From an uncultured cyanobacterium (GTDB lineage Bacteria; Cyanobacteriota; Cyanobacteriia; Cyanobacteriales; CAWCAG01): a stretch of DNA of 64,000 nt. A model generated the notes under the pieces. That model did no database searches and had not been told where the DNA came from. It saw nothing but the letters and a program-made list of their open reading frames with translations. The DNA is taken from positions 864,001-928,000 of the forward strand of contig CAWCAG010000007.1 of NCBI GenBank assembly GCA_963793425.1. Reading direction: 5' to 3'. Of this stretch, positions 48,592 to 58,415 are shown piece after piece (positions within the stretch are counted from its first letter, which is position 1; each line of letters begins with the position of its first letter). Made by a program: the position numbers and the translations under genes.

Positions 48592-50280
48592 ATGCCACAA
48601 ACGCCTATCAATGCTGAAGAGAAGGTTTTAGCTGATATCTTTTGCAATAAATATGAGTTTCATATTCCAAGCTATCAGCGTCCCTATTCTTGGACAGAGG
48701 AACAAGCTGGATATTTATTTAATGATTTACATGACGCTTTTATTTCTCAAAATGAGCAAGAGGAGTATTTCCTAGGAAGTATTGTTCTAATTAAAGAAAC
48801 TAACTGTCCCAAAGCAGATGTAATTGATGGGCAACAGCGTTTAACCACTTTAACTATTCTATTATCTTGTCTTAGGTCAAAGCTAACAGCAGAAAAACAA
48901 GAAAGCATAAGTATTTACTTAATAGAAAAAGGTAACGAATTTACTGGTATAAGACCACAAGCAAGATTAAATTTGAGAAAGAAAGATCAAGAATTTTTTC
49001 TTAAATATATTCAAAAAACGAATCTTGAAAATTTCCTTGGACTTGATGTTGCAAACGATAACATCTTCAAAAACGAAGCGCAAACAAATATCCACAAAAA
49101 CTGTGGGCTTTTTATTCGAGAAATTAATCAACATTTTTCGGCTATAGATGATGTTACGGAGTTCATTAAATTCATCCTGACAAAATGCTATCTTGTGGTC
49201 GTATCTTCAGCAAATGAAGCATCAGCATTTCGTATCTTTTCAGTTATGAACAGCCGTGGATTAGACCTGCAAGTATCTGATATTTTGAAAGCTGAAATCA
49301 CAGGTAAAATTCCTGAGAATGAACAAGATCAGTATACTGAAAAATGGGAAGAAAGCGAAGAGTTATTAGGGAGAGAAAAGTTTAATGAGCTTTTTTCTCA
49401 CATTCGTATGATTTACACTAAGTCGAAATTAAGCGAATCGATTATTAGTAAATATAGGAAGAAAATCTTGCCTCGTATAGAGTCTAAAGATTTTATGGAT
49501 AATTATTTTAATAAATATGTAAGTACATTTGATATTGTCAAAAATGTTCAATTTAGTGCTACAGAAAATGCGGAAGAAATAAATGATTATCTTTACTGGT
49601 TGAATAAAATAAACTTTTCGGAATGGATTCCGCCAGCAATTCTATTTATAACGAACCAAAATGATTCCCAAAAGGTGTTAGATTTCCTGAAAAAATTAGA
49701 ACGCCTTACAACATATTTATTTTTAGAAGGCTTTTATAATACAAAAAGAATTCGGCGCTACACTAAAATCATAGAGCAAATCGAAAAAGGGCAATCTTTG
49801 GAAGCTTTGCAACTCTCCCAAGAAGAAGAGGAGCAATTTTTTAACCGTCTTAATGGAGATATTTATTTAATGTCTTCAAATAAGAAGAAATATGTCATAT
49901 TAAGGCTCGATAGAATTAAGGCAGATGGGGCTGCCAATTACCAGCATAAATTACTAACTATTGAGCATATTATGCCTCAAACTGTTAGAGAAGGTAGTGC
50001 GTGGGCAGAAATACCAGATGAAGAACATCAAAAATGGGTGCATAAAATTGCTAACCTTGTGCCTTTAAATCGTAGTCGAAATTCTCAAGCAAGTAATTGG
50101 GACTTTCACCGAAAGAGAGAAGCTTATTTCAAAGGTGGAAAAAATAAAACGACATACGTTTTAACACAAGAACTCGAAAGTAAAACTGAATGGACGATCA
50201 AAACTCTTCATAAACGGCAAAATGAATTGCTAGAAATAATGTGTGAAGAATGGAAGTTACCTTATTGTGAACAATACTAA
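48592..50280 (+). CDS. DUF262-DUF1524 protein (GmrSD/SspE-like modification-dependent endonuclease)
   Basis: IPSYQRPYSW, YFLGSIV, IDGQQRLTT, F..MNSRG and TIEHIMPQ...ANLVPL...NSQASN. Confidence 0.9.
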   Translation: MPQTPINAEEKVLADIFCNKYEFHIPSYQRPYSWTEEQAGYLFNDLHDAFISQNEQEEYFLGSIVLIKETNCPKADVIDGQQRLTTLTILLSCLRSKLTAEKQESISIYLIEKGNEFTGIRPQARLNLRKKDQEFFLKYIQKTNLENFLGLDVANDNIFKNEAQTNIHKNCGLFIREINQHFSAIDDVTEFIKFILTKCYLVVVSSANEASAFRIFSVMNSRGLDLQVSDILKAEITGKIPENEQDQYTEKWEESEELLGREKFNELFSHIRMIYTKSKLSESIISKYRKKILPRIESKDFMDNYFNKYVSTFDIVKNVQFSATENAEEINDYLYWLNKINFSEWIPPAILFITNQNDSQKVLDFLKKLERLTTYLFLEGFYNTKRIRRYTKIIEQIEKGQSLEALQLSQEEEEQFFNRLNGDIYLMSSNKKKYVILRLDRIKADGAANYQHKLLTIEHIMPQTVREGSAWAEIPDEEHQKWVHKIANLVPLNRSRNSQASNWDFHRKREAYFKGGKNKTTYVLTQELESKTEWTIKTLHKRQNELLEIMCEEWKLPYCEQY

Positions 50281-50421
50281 AAAGTTGGATATGTTTGGGT
50301 AGTTATACAAGCGCGGCTGGATTTATTGTGGGTTGTAAAACTGCCAATAATATTCTTGTTACAATTAATCTAAGCTTCAGTCAGGTTAAAATTAAATTGT
50401 GTTTAGTAAAGTGTAGAGGCA

Positions 50422-51027
50422 ATGTTAGTGAAAGACCGTGACTATACCCTAATTCTCGATAAAAGCGGGAGTATGTCTGTTAAAACTGAAAACGGCATGA
50501 CTCGTTGGCAATTGGCAGAAGAATCAACCCTTGCCCTGGCCCGTAAATGTGAAAGATTTGACCCTGATGGTATTAATGTTTATCTATTTTCTAGTCGTTT
50601 TAAATACTACGAAAACGTTACTGCTGAAAAGGTTGAAGAAATCTTTTTGGAAAATGATCCAATTGGCACAACCAATCTTGCTGGTGTCCTCAAAGATGCT
50701 TTTCAAAATTACTTTCAACGCAAAGCTAACGGGCAAACTAAGCCGAATGGTGAAACAATTTTAGTTGTTACTGATGGTAGCCCCGATAATCTTCGTGCTG
50801 TAATCAAAACGATTGTTGATGCTACTCGCAAAATGGAAAAAGATGAAGAGTTAGGGGTTTCTTTTATCCAAGTTGGTAATGATCCGAGTGCAACCAAGTT
50901 TCTCAAAGCCCTAGATGATGATCTAGAAGGAGTAGGGGCTAAGTTCGATATTTGCGATACTGTAACTATGGATGATATGGCAGATATGAGTCTAATAGAA
51001 GTATTGACTGCGGCAATTGATGACTAG
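50422..51027 (+). CDS. von Willebrand factor A domain protein
   Basis: MIDAS motif DKSGSM, GTT and VVTDG. Confidence 0.9.
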   Translation: MLVKDRDYTLILDKSGSMSVKTENGMTRWQLAEESTLALARKCERFDPDGINVYLFSSRFKYYENVTAEKVEEIFLENDPIGTTNLAGVLKDAFQNYFQRKANGQTKPNGETILVVTDGSPDNLRAVIKTIVDATRKMEKDEELGVSFIQVGNDPSATKFLKALDDDLEGVGAKFDICDTVTMDDMADMSLIEVLTAAIDD

Positions 51028-51170
51028 CAGTTTATTAGGGGCGGTAAGGGTGTATGGGTATAGGTGTTGTATGGGGGGTATGTGCGAACCGTTTCCCAAA
51101 TACACTTAATAACCGGAAACTAAATTGGGTTGCCCATCAACTAGCAACTAGCAACTAGCCATTAGCCAAT

Positions 51171-51248
51171 AAAAAAACCAGCAGTCCCAACTACTGGCAA
51201 AAAAAATATTGTCGCTTAATTTTTGGAAATCCAAGCTTTTGCGTTCCC
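51171..51248 (-). ncRNA. candidate NtcA-activated small RNA (about 78 nt)
   Basis: Between convergent genes; upstream GTA-N8-TAC-N22-TAGCCT; ends in hairpin CCAGUAGU-UGGG-ACUGCUGG plus U7. Confidence 0.7.
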
Positions 51249-51254
51249 AGGCGC

Positions 51255-51297
51255 AGGCTAGTAAGATTTCTTAATATTTATTGTAACAGAAAGTACA
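51255..51297 (-). promoter_or_regulatory. NtcA-activated class II promoter
   Basis: TGTAacagaaagTACA at 51282-51297; exactly 22 nt to a TAN3T box (TAGCCT, 51260-51255) on the minus strand. Confidence 0.78.
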
Positions 51298-51326
51298 GAT
51301 TTTCCTAATTAGCTTAAATCATCTTT

Positions 51327-53060
51327 CTAGCGATCCTCTTTTAGATAGCTAATCGCTGCTTGCGGATGACCCCAGATAATGCGTTCTTGTTTATAAATAG
51401 CCATTCCTGGTTTTGCACCTTTGGGCTTATAAACATTTTTCGGTTCAGTATAGACTACAGGGGCAGAATCACTATTCCGGGCGCGGCTATAATAAGTGGC
51501 TAAGTTGGCGGTGAATTGTAAATCAGCTTCTTCAGCAACAGCACCGGGTTCTAAGCGTAACAAAACATGACTGCCGGGTATTTCTTGAGTATGGAACCAC
51601 AAATCATAATCTCCAGCCGTACGGAAGGTTAAGATGTCATTTTGGCGGTTGTTGCGTCCGATTAAAATTTCATAACTACTAGGAGAAACATAGCGGTAGG
51701 GTTGAGAATCATCTTTACTGCTGCTGCTATATTGTTTAGAAGCAAGGTATTTTTGTTCAATGAGTTCTTCACGAATCTCCTCTAAAGTTTTCAAGTCTTG
51801 AGGATGAGTATATTTAGCTGATTGTTTGAGGGAATCTTCGATTTGTTCTAGGTAAGCAATTTCCCCTTTCACTTCCTTTAATAAAGGTTCAACTGCTTGG
51901 CGGGTACGTTTTAGTTTTTGGTGACGTTTATACAAAGCTTGGGCATTTTGTACAGCATTTTTTTCGGGATTAAACGCAATCTTCACAGGCTTTCCCGTCT
52001 CAAAGTCAGTCAATTCCATCATCTTCATTCCCGGTTGCCATTGCTGAAGATGTGCCATAACCAAATCAGCTTGGTAGCGATATCGATCTGCTTCGTCAGA
52101 TTGTCCTAATCGTTGTTGAAAAGTTTGGGCTTTTTGGCGTAACTTCTTTAAAAGATTAGTGATCTTTTGAGTTAGTTGGTGGTGCAACTGCCGGAAAACT
52201 TGTTGGTTAAGTGCGTCGGTATAATAGCGATTTAGTAAAGTTTGGACATCTTTGCTTAGTTTGATTATATTCCAACCTAAAACTGTATAACCATCTTCTG
52301 TCCAACCCGGTTCAAACTGTTCCTTTTCCAGAATAATTAACCATCGCTGCCAAAATTGAAACAGAGTTTGCCAATCTGAAACCTGTAAACTTTGATTAGA
52401 TTGTTGAGGATCTAAACCCGCAACTTGAATTATTGATTGGGCAATGCGGGGGCTTAAACCGCGATAACTCTTCATTAACTGGCTTTTAAGAGTTCCTGGC
52501 ACTAAGTTAACCCTTTCTTGCCAAGAAATTTGAGATTCTTCCAAGCTAGGAAAAGTACCTGTTAAAGCTGGGGGAAATTCGTAAGGCTGTCCCGTTTGGA
52601 TAGTACGAACACTAGATTGTTGTTGGCTAACTTGATGGGCGACAGTAACAATTGAATTTTTAGCATCGGTGAGGATAACATTACTATACTTACCAATAAT
52701 TTCTACATAAAGATGCCAAAGAGGTTCTTCCCCTGGGCGTTTCGCAAATTGCAAATCTAAAACTCTCTCCCAAGGGGCAATAACTTCGATTTTCGTTAAA
52801 GCAAATCCTCCTAATTGGTGACGTAGTTGATCACTAAAAGTAAAAGTATCAGGAGTTCGAGGGGGAGGATCACCAAGACAAACTCTCGCCCCTTGAGGAT
52901 GCCAACAAATAGTTAACCACCCCCTACCTTCTAAGGTACGCAAAGCCACAGCAATAGTATAGCGATCGCGCTGATAAACCTGTTCTAAACGGGCAGGAAG
53001 CCAATGGTGACGCAATTCCGCACAAGCAGCAATAAGAGTAGTAAAGTCAACAGGTTGCAT
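51327..53060 (-). CDS. rqcH: NFACT/Rqc2 ribosome quality control protein (fibronectin-binding protein A-like)
   Basis: MQPVDFTTL, WERVL, EIIGKYSN, NAQ.LY, GRNNRQND and WFH...PGSHV; start set at ATG 53060 because the longer ORF reads through a repeat element. Confidence 0.9.
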   Translation of the reverse strand: MQPVDFTTLIAACAELRHHWLPARLEQVYQRDRYTIAVALRTLEGRGWLTICWHPQGARVCLGDPPPRTPDTFTFSDQLRHQLGGFALTKIEVIAPWERVLDLQFAKRPGEEPLWHLYVEIIGKYSNVILTDAKNSIVTVAHQVSQQQSSVRTIQTGQPYEFPPALTGTFPSLEESQISWQERVNLVPGTLKSQLMKSYRGLSPRIAQSIIQVAGLDPQQSNQSLQVSDWQTLFQFWQRWLIILEKEQFEPGWTEDGYTVLGWNIIKLSKDVQTLLNRYYTDALNQQVFRQLHHQLTQKITNLLKKLRQKAQTFQQRLGQSDEADRYRYQADLVMAHLQQWQPGMKMMELTDFETGKPVKIAFNPEKNAVQNAQALYKRHQKLKRTRQAVEPLLKEVKGEIAYLEQIEDSLKQSAKYTHPQDLKTLEEIREELIEQKYLASKQYSSSSKDDSQPYRYVSPSSYEILIGRNNRQNDILTFRTAGDYDLWFHTQEIPGSHVLLRLEPGAVAEEADLQFTANLATYYSRARNSDSAPVVYTEPKNVYKPKGAKPGMAIYKQERIIWGHPQAAISYLKEDR

Positions 53061-53063
53061 TTT

Positions 53064-53150
53064 TAAACCAGATCCGGTTTGGTGGCACAGTTTATTTGTG
53101 ATGGCAGGGAGTAGGGAGTAGGGAGCAGGCAACAGGGTTTGACAACTTTT
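53064..53150. mobile_element. MITE fragment (left end plus internal GGGAGTA repeats)
   Basis: aaaccagatccggtt is the inverted counterpart of aaccggatttggtat at about 58361-58375; both loci share gggagcagg..gtttga(c/a)aactt. Confidence 0.5.
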
Positions 53151-53287
53151 TTTCAATTGCTTCAATGCCCAAAAACAGCAAAAAAAACTAGAATTAGTAG
53201 TTGTTTTGGCAGTAAAGGGGATTTATCTCCTTAGAATGGGAGATAGATCGATTTAATTCTCTCTAAACGGCTTAGTCCTTGTTCCCT

Positions 53288-53554
53288 ATGGATATTCAAC
53301 TAATCAACATCGGCTTTGGTAACATAGTCTCGGCTAATAGGGTGGTGGCCATAGTCAGCCCTGAATCTGCCCCAATTAAGCGTATCATTACAGATGCACG
53401 GGAGCGCGGACAACTGATTGATGCTACCTATGGTCGTCGTACTCGTGCTGTAATTATGACAGACTCTAGTCATGTTATCCTTTCGGCTATACAGCCGGAA
53501 ACAGTGGCTAACCGCTTTGTACATCACAAAGACTCAGACAATAGCAACAATTAA
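53288..53554 (+). CDS. remA: RemA/DUF370 family regulator
   Basis: [28 protein letters not shown] and [14 protein letters not shown]; conserved position before gmk. Confidence 0.92.
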   Translation: MDIQLINIGFGNIVSANRVVAIVSPESAPIKRIITDARERGQLIDATYGRRTRAVIMTDSSHVILSAIQPETVANRFVHHKDSDNSNN

Positions 53555-53571
53555 TTCAAATAAAAAAGATC

Positions 53572-54129
53572 GTGGAACCAGGCAAATTAATACTGTTAAC
53601 AGGCCCTAGCGGTGTAGGAAAAGGAACTTTAGTGCGATCGCTGAGGTTAAGTTTCCCCGAACTTTATCTTTCTGTTTCTACTACTACTCGTTCTCCTCGT
53701 TCAGGGGAAGTTGAGGGACAGCACTATTATTTTGTCACTAAAGAGCAATTTCAGTCCATGATTAAGGGAGGGGAGCTATTAGAATGGGCAGAATATGCCG
53801 GAAATTTCTATGGAACCCCTCGTTCTTCAGTAGAGAAACAACTCAAGGTTGGGAATTCCGTAATTTTAGAAATTGAGTTAATCGGGGCCAGGAAAATTAA
53901 AGAAATTTTTCCTCAAGCTCTGCGTATTTTCATTTTACCCCCTTCGGTTGAAGAATTAGAGGCTCGTTTAAGAGGTCGAGGTAAAGATTCTGAAGAGGTA
54001 ATAAATAAGCGCTTGCAAAGGGCAGTTGAAGAAATTGCCGCCGCAGATGAGTTTGCTTATCAAGTTGTTAATGATGATTTTCAAGCAGCTTTAGCAGATA
54101 TCGAACAGATTGTTTTTGCTCATTTCTAA
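53572..54129 (+). CDS. gmk: guanylate kinase
   Basis: GPSGVGKGT, TTRSPRSGEVEGQHYYF and LEWAEYAGNFYGT motifs. Confidence 0.97.
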   Translation: MEPGKLILLTGPSGVGKGTLVRSLRLSFPELYLSVSTTTRSPRSGEVEGQHYYFVTKEQFQSMIKGGELLEWAEYAGNFYGTPRSSVEKQLKVGNSVILEIELIGARKIKEIFPQALRIFILPPSVEELEARLRGRGKDSEEVINKRLQRAVEEIAAADEFAYQVVNDDFQAALADIEQIVFAHF

Positions 54130-54215
54130 TTGCTAGTTGCTAGTTGCTAATAGCTAATTGCTAATAGTTTCCTCACGGGGGCAGCGAAGCGATCGCACAA
54201 GGAAAGTTATACGAC

Positions 54216-54803
54216 ATGACTGGCACTTACAAGGAGTATAGTTACCTCATAAATTTGCTAGCCGAAAGCAATATCGAGTTATTAGAAGAGGTAGAGAAAG
54301 TTATCGATAGCTTTCCAAAAGGTGTTGATGATTTTATTCATAGGCAGTGGATAACCAATGCTATAGATTGTGGATCTCTTGAATCGGTGAAATGGGTTCT
54401 TTCTAAGGATGTAGATTTGTCCTTCCGTGATGACGAGGGCTACACACCAATTTTAAGCGCCATAGAGCGTGAGCTGCCTGACAAATATGAAATCATACAG
54501 CTCCTAATTGACTGTGGCGCACCAATTAATAAGAAAGGAATAAATGATTGGACTCCCCTACATATGGCAGCAGCTAGAGAGGATATTGAGGCATTAAGAA
54601 TACTAGTTAAAAATGCGGCAGCTCTAACAATAAGGACTGAAATAGACGATTACGCAACGCCATTAGAGGAAGCAATAATTCTAAAAAAACAAAAATCCGC
54701 AGAGTACTTGCAAAGTATGGATACCATTCTGTTTCATGCTCGTTTAGTTGAGCATCAAATTATTATTGAGGAAGACAACTTTGAGGAAAGCGCAATTACC
54801 TAA
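54216..54803 (+). CDS. ankyrin-repeat protein (orphan immunity-like) with XisI-like tail
   Basis: GYTPILSA, DWTPLHMAA and ATPLEEA repeats. Confidence 0.85.
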   Translation: MTGTYKEYSYLINLLAESNIELLEEVEKVIDSFPKGVDDFIHRQWITNAIDCGSLESVKWVLSKDVDLSFRDDEGYTPILSAIERELPDKYEIIQLLIDCGAPINKKGINDWTPLHMAAAREDIEALRILVKNAAALTIRTEIDDYATPLEEAIILKKQKSAEYLQSMDTILFHARLVEHQIIIEEDNFEESAIT

Positions 54804-54808
54804 GTTAC

Positions 54809-55423
54809 CTATTTTTTAGTTGCAACTCCTTTGTATGTATAACCAGCACATTCAGGAGAATTTTTTTCAAGAAATTCTTCTACTTGAACTTTATCAAAAT
54901 GCTTTTCTACTGATAGCTTGATATTGCGGTTGAGATTGCAGCCATCGGCAATGATTTTTTGCAAGGGATTGAGCCGATTTTGCCAGACTTGAACTTCTTC
55001 TTTATTGCTCAATCCGTGTTCAATAAAGAAGAAGTTTCCTCCTGGTTTCAGGACACGATAAATCTCTTTTAAAGCTTTGTCTATATTAACAATACTGCAT
55101 AACGTCCAAGTACTTACAACACTATCAAAACTATTGTTTTCCATCGGTAAAGATTCACCATTCAGGACACGATGTTCCACTTTTAAAGAAGAAGCTTGGA
55201 TACGTTTTTGGGCTAGCTTATTCATGCCGGAATTAGCATCAATAGTAGTAATCTTCTCTATGTTGTCGGGATAATAAGGAAGATTCAAACCAGTTCCAAA
55301 GCCAATTTCTAAAACTTTCCCTCGCACATCAGCTAAAAGTTCTTGGCGATATGTAGCTAATTCTTGGTCAGACATAACTACATCCAACAAACGAGGAAAA
55401 ACTACTTTTGAATAAAACCCCAT
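54809..55423 (-). CDS. class I SAM-dependent methyltransferase
   Basis: VLEIGFGTGLN, SFDSVVSTWTLCS and RVLKPGG motifs. Confidence 0.93.
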   Translation of the reverse strand: MGFYSKVVFPRLLDVVMSDQELATYRQELLADVRGKVLEIGFGTGLNLPYYPDNIEKITTIDANSGMNKLAQKRIQASSLKVEHRVLNGESLPMENNSFDSVVSTWTLCSIVNIDKALKEIYRVLKPGGNFFFIEHGLSNKEEVQVWQNRLNPLQKIIADGCNLNRNIKLSVEKHFDKVQVEEFLEKNSPECAGYTYKGVATKK

Positions 55424-55450
55424 AGTTAATTATCTATCACTTATTATTTA

Positions 55451-55909
55451 TTACTTACCCAACTTTCCCCTAACCAAATCCTGAACCTTCTTACCATCAG
55501 CTTTCCCTTTAACCTGGGGCATAATCTTACCCATCACTTTGCCCATATCTTTCATCGAAGTAGCTTTAATCTCAGCGATCGCACTATCAATAATCTCGCT
55601 TAATTCGCCCTCAGAAAGTTGCTGAGGTAAATAAGTTTCAATAATTGCCAATTCTTGTGCTTCCAAATCGGCAAGATCCTGTCTTCCTGCTTGAGTATAC
55701 TGTTCAATGGAATCCCGACGTTGTTTCGCTTGTTGGGCTAAAAGTTCTAATTCTTGGGTTTCGTTGAGGCTATCTTGCCCTTGGGGACGCAAGCTAACTT
55801 CTTTGTCTAACAAGGCTTTTTTAATGCTACGTACCGTTTGCAAGCGAATTTTATTCTTCGCCTTCATAGCCGTTTTAATATCTTCACCAATACGATCTTT
55901 CAAACTCAT
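55451..55909 (-). CDS. GatB/YqeY domain protein
   Basis: IKTAMKAK, KQRRDSIEQY..AGR.DLA, YLPQQL, KDMGKVMG and KADG motifs. Confidence 0.93.
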   Translation of the reverse strand: MSLKDRIGEDIKTAMKAKNKIRLQTVRSIKKALLDKEVSLRPQGQDSLNETQELELLAQQAKQRRDSIEQYTQAGRQDLADLEAQELAIIETYLPQQLSEGELSEIIDSAIAEIKATSMKDMGKVMGKIMPQVKGKADGKKVQDLVRGKLGK

Positions 55910-56069
55910 AAATTTTCAAAAATCCCCATGATTCTTCACTCCTCTAAATCCTAGCTTATATCACCGGACTGTAACTCATTGAAAAACTTTCGGTAGAGCA
56001 AGGCAGTGGGCAACAGGAGTAATAACTAGTAACTGATATTATTGATAAATGTTCAATGATAAATGATAA

Positions 56070-57002
56070 ATGAAAATGCGTATTCTCATCATGGGTGGAA
56101 CCCGGTTTATCGGAGTCTACTTAACAAAAATTTTAGTAGAACAAGGTCACGAGGTGGTTTTATTTAACCGGGGGAATAAACTTGCACCCATTGAGGGAAT
56201 ACAACAAATCCATGGCGATCGCAAAGATCCTCAACAGTTAAAAGATAAGTTAGCTGGGGAAAATTTTGAGGCTATTTTTGATAATAATGGTCGTGAATTG
56301 AGTGATACCCAACCTTTAGTTGATTTATTCAAAGACAAAGTTGAACATTTTGTTTATGTAAGTTCAGCAGGCGTTTATCAAAAATCTGACCAAATGCCCC
56401 ATATAGAAGGGGATGCTGTTGATCCTAACAGTCGCCATAAAGGGAAACATCACACCGAAGCTTATTTAAAAGAAGCCGCCATACCTTGGACTTCTATTCG
56501 CCCAGTTTATATTTACGGACCACAAAATTATAATCCCGTAGAAAGTTGGTTTTTCCATCGTCTTGTCCGCGATCGCCCCATACCCATTCCCGGCAACGGT
56601 ATGCACATTACCCAATTAGGCCATGTTGCCGATTTAGCTAAAGCGATGGCTTCTGTGTTAGGAAATGAAAAAGGTATTGGGCAAATTTATAATATCTCCG
56701 GCGATCGCTATGTTACTTTTGATGGTTTAGCCAAAAGTTGTGCTGAAGCGGCAGGTAAATCCCCTCAAGATGTTAAATTAGTCCATTACAACCCCAAAGA
56801 CTTTGACTTTGGTAAGCGTAAAGCTTTCCCCCTGCGGTTGCAGCATTTTTTCGCTGCGATTGACAAAGGGAAAACGGAGTTAGCTTGGCAACCAGAATTT
56901 GATTTAGTTTCTGGGTTAAAAGATTCCTTCGTTAATGATTTTCAAGCAAATAATCAAGGCAAAGCAGAAGTGGATTTTTCCACTGATGATGAGATATTGT
57001 AA
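56070..57002 (+). CDS. NAD-dependent epimerase/dehydratase family protein (CSP41-like)
   Basis: GGTRFIG, DNNGRE, SSAGVY and RPVYIYGP motifs. Confidence 0.9.
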   Translation: MKMRILIMGGTRFIGVYLTKILVEQGHEVVLFNRGNKLAPIEGIQQIHGDRKDPQQLKDKLAGENFEAIFDNNGRELSDTQPLVDLFKDKVEHFVYVSSAGVYQKSDQMPHIEGDAVDPNSRHKGKHHTEAYLKEAAIPWTSIRPVYIYGPQNYNPVESWFFHRLVRDRPIPIPGNGMHITQLGHVADLAKAMASVLGNEKGIGQIYNISGDRYVTFDGLAKSCAEAAGKSPQDVKLVHYNPKDFDFGKRKAFPLRLQHFFAAIDKGKTELAWQPEFDLVSGLKDSFVNDFQANNQGKAEVDFSTDDEIL

Positions 57003-57187
57003 CCAAAAATTCAGTGTATACAACTCAACACCGATTTGCTATGATGCTTCGCACCAGCAACTAAGCTAAGACGCATTTAAACTGGGATTTTTGGCTTTAA
57101 CTAAATTTCTTCCCAATGTCTTTACTGCTCCCTACTCTCTACTCCCTACTCCCCTACCCTAGCAAAACAATCTAAATACCTGACAGC

Positions 57188-58264
57188 TTAATAGAGATAA
57201 CCCTCAAGCAAAAAATCTGGCTCTATCTGAGTCAAACTGATTTTTTTGAGCAATAAAGCTTCTCCCATCTCCGTAAAACCAAGAGAAGCTACAGGAGAAG
57301 GTGCATCCTTACCACCAATAATTTTAGGAGCAATAAAAGCCATCACCTTTTGAACAGCGCCATCTGCGATCGCCTTTGCGGCCAAAACGCCACCACATTC
57401 CCAAATCACACTGCACATTCCTCGCCTATATAAGTTTTCCATAACTAGCCCCGGAGTTAAAGTAGCAAACTTAACTACTTCTACTCCTTGTGTTTCTAAT
57501 AATTCCTCCGTCTCCAAAACCGCCCCTTCTTCTGTAAATACCAAAGTTGCTGCCTCTGCTTGATTCCACAAATGAGCTGATTTTGGTAAATTTAAACGGC
57601 GACTCATCACCACTCGTACAGGGTTATGTTCACTAAGTCCATGGGTGGTTAAATGGGGATTATCGCGACGTACCGTATTCCCCCCAACAATAACCGCATC
57701 ACAAGCACCCCTTAATTGGTGTACTCGCTGGCGGGCAGCTTTGCTAGTTACCCAACTACTATGACCTGTATTGGTAGCAATTTTTCCATCTAAGGTCATA
57801 GCATATTTCAAAATCCCAAAGGGACGTTGGTGCAAAATACGATGAATAAAAGCTTCGTTAATCTGGCGACAAGCTTCCTCTTCCACCCCAATAATCACTT
57901 CGATACCAGCATTTCTTAGGGTTTTAATTCCTTCTCCAGAAACGCGGGGATCAGGGTCAATAATGCCTACTACTACCTTAGCTACTCCCGCTTTGATTAA
58001 TGCTTGAGAACAAGGAGGAGTACGACCATAATGATTGCAAGGTTCAAGGTTAACATACACTGTAGCTCCCTGTGTCTGTTCTCCTGCTTCTCCCAAAGCA
58101 AAAACCTCTGCATGGGGTTGACCAGCACCAGGATGAAAACCAGTTCCTACCACCTTACCATTCTTGACCACAACCGCACCAACTAAAGGATTAGGAGAGG
58201 TCTTTCCTGAAGCACACAGAGCAAGCTTAAGGCACTTGTGCATCATCACTTGGTCATCGGTCAT
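57188..58264 (-). CDS. ribD: bifunctional riboflavin deaminase/reductase
   Basis: TSPNPLVG, PHAE, LEPCNHYGRTPPC and TLDGKIA motifs. Confidence 0.97.
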   Translation of the reverse strand: MTDDQVMMHKCLKLALCASGKTSPNPLVGAVVVKNGKVVGTGFHPGAGQPHAEVFALGEAGEQTQGATVYVNLEPCNHYGRTPPCSQALIKAGVAKVVVGIIDPDPRVSGEGIKTLRNAGIEVIIGVEEEACRQINEAFIHRILHQRPFGILKYAMTLDGKIATNTGHSSWVTSKAARQRVHQLRGACDAVIVGGNTVRRDNPHLTTHGLSEHNPVRVVMSRRLNLPKSAHLWNQAEAATLVFTEEGAVLETEELLETQGVEVVKFATLTPGLVMENLYRRGMCSVIWECGGVLAAKAIADGAVQKVMAFIAPKIIGGKDAPSPVASLGFTEMGEALLLKKISLTQIEPDFLLEGYLY

Positions 58265-58301
58265 TTATAGCAAATCCTGTTGAGTCGTATGACTTGTCTG
58301 T

Positions 58302-58376
58302 TAGGGTAGGGAGCAGGGTTTGAAAACTTTATTCGGTCGATTTTATAAAAGTACTTTATGAACCGGATTTGGTATG
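58302..58376. mobile_element. MITE fragment (right end)
   Basis: tagggtagggagcagggtttgaaaactt ... aaccggatttggtat; counterpart of the 53064-53150 fragment. Confidence 0.45.
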
Positions 58377-58415
58377 ATACCTAACGGCAACGGCAAGCCG
58401 TACATTGATTATTGA

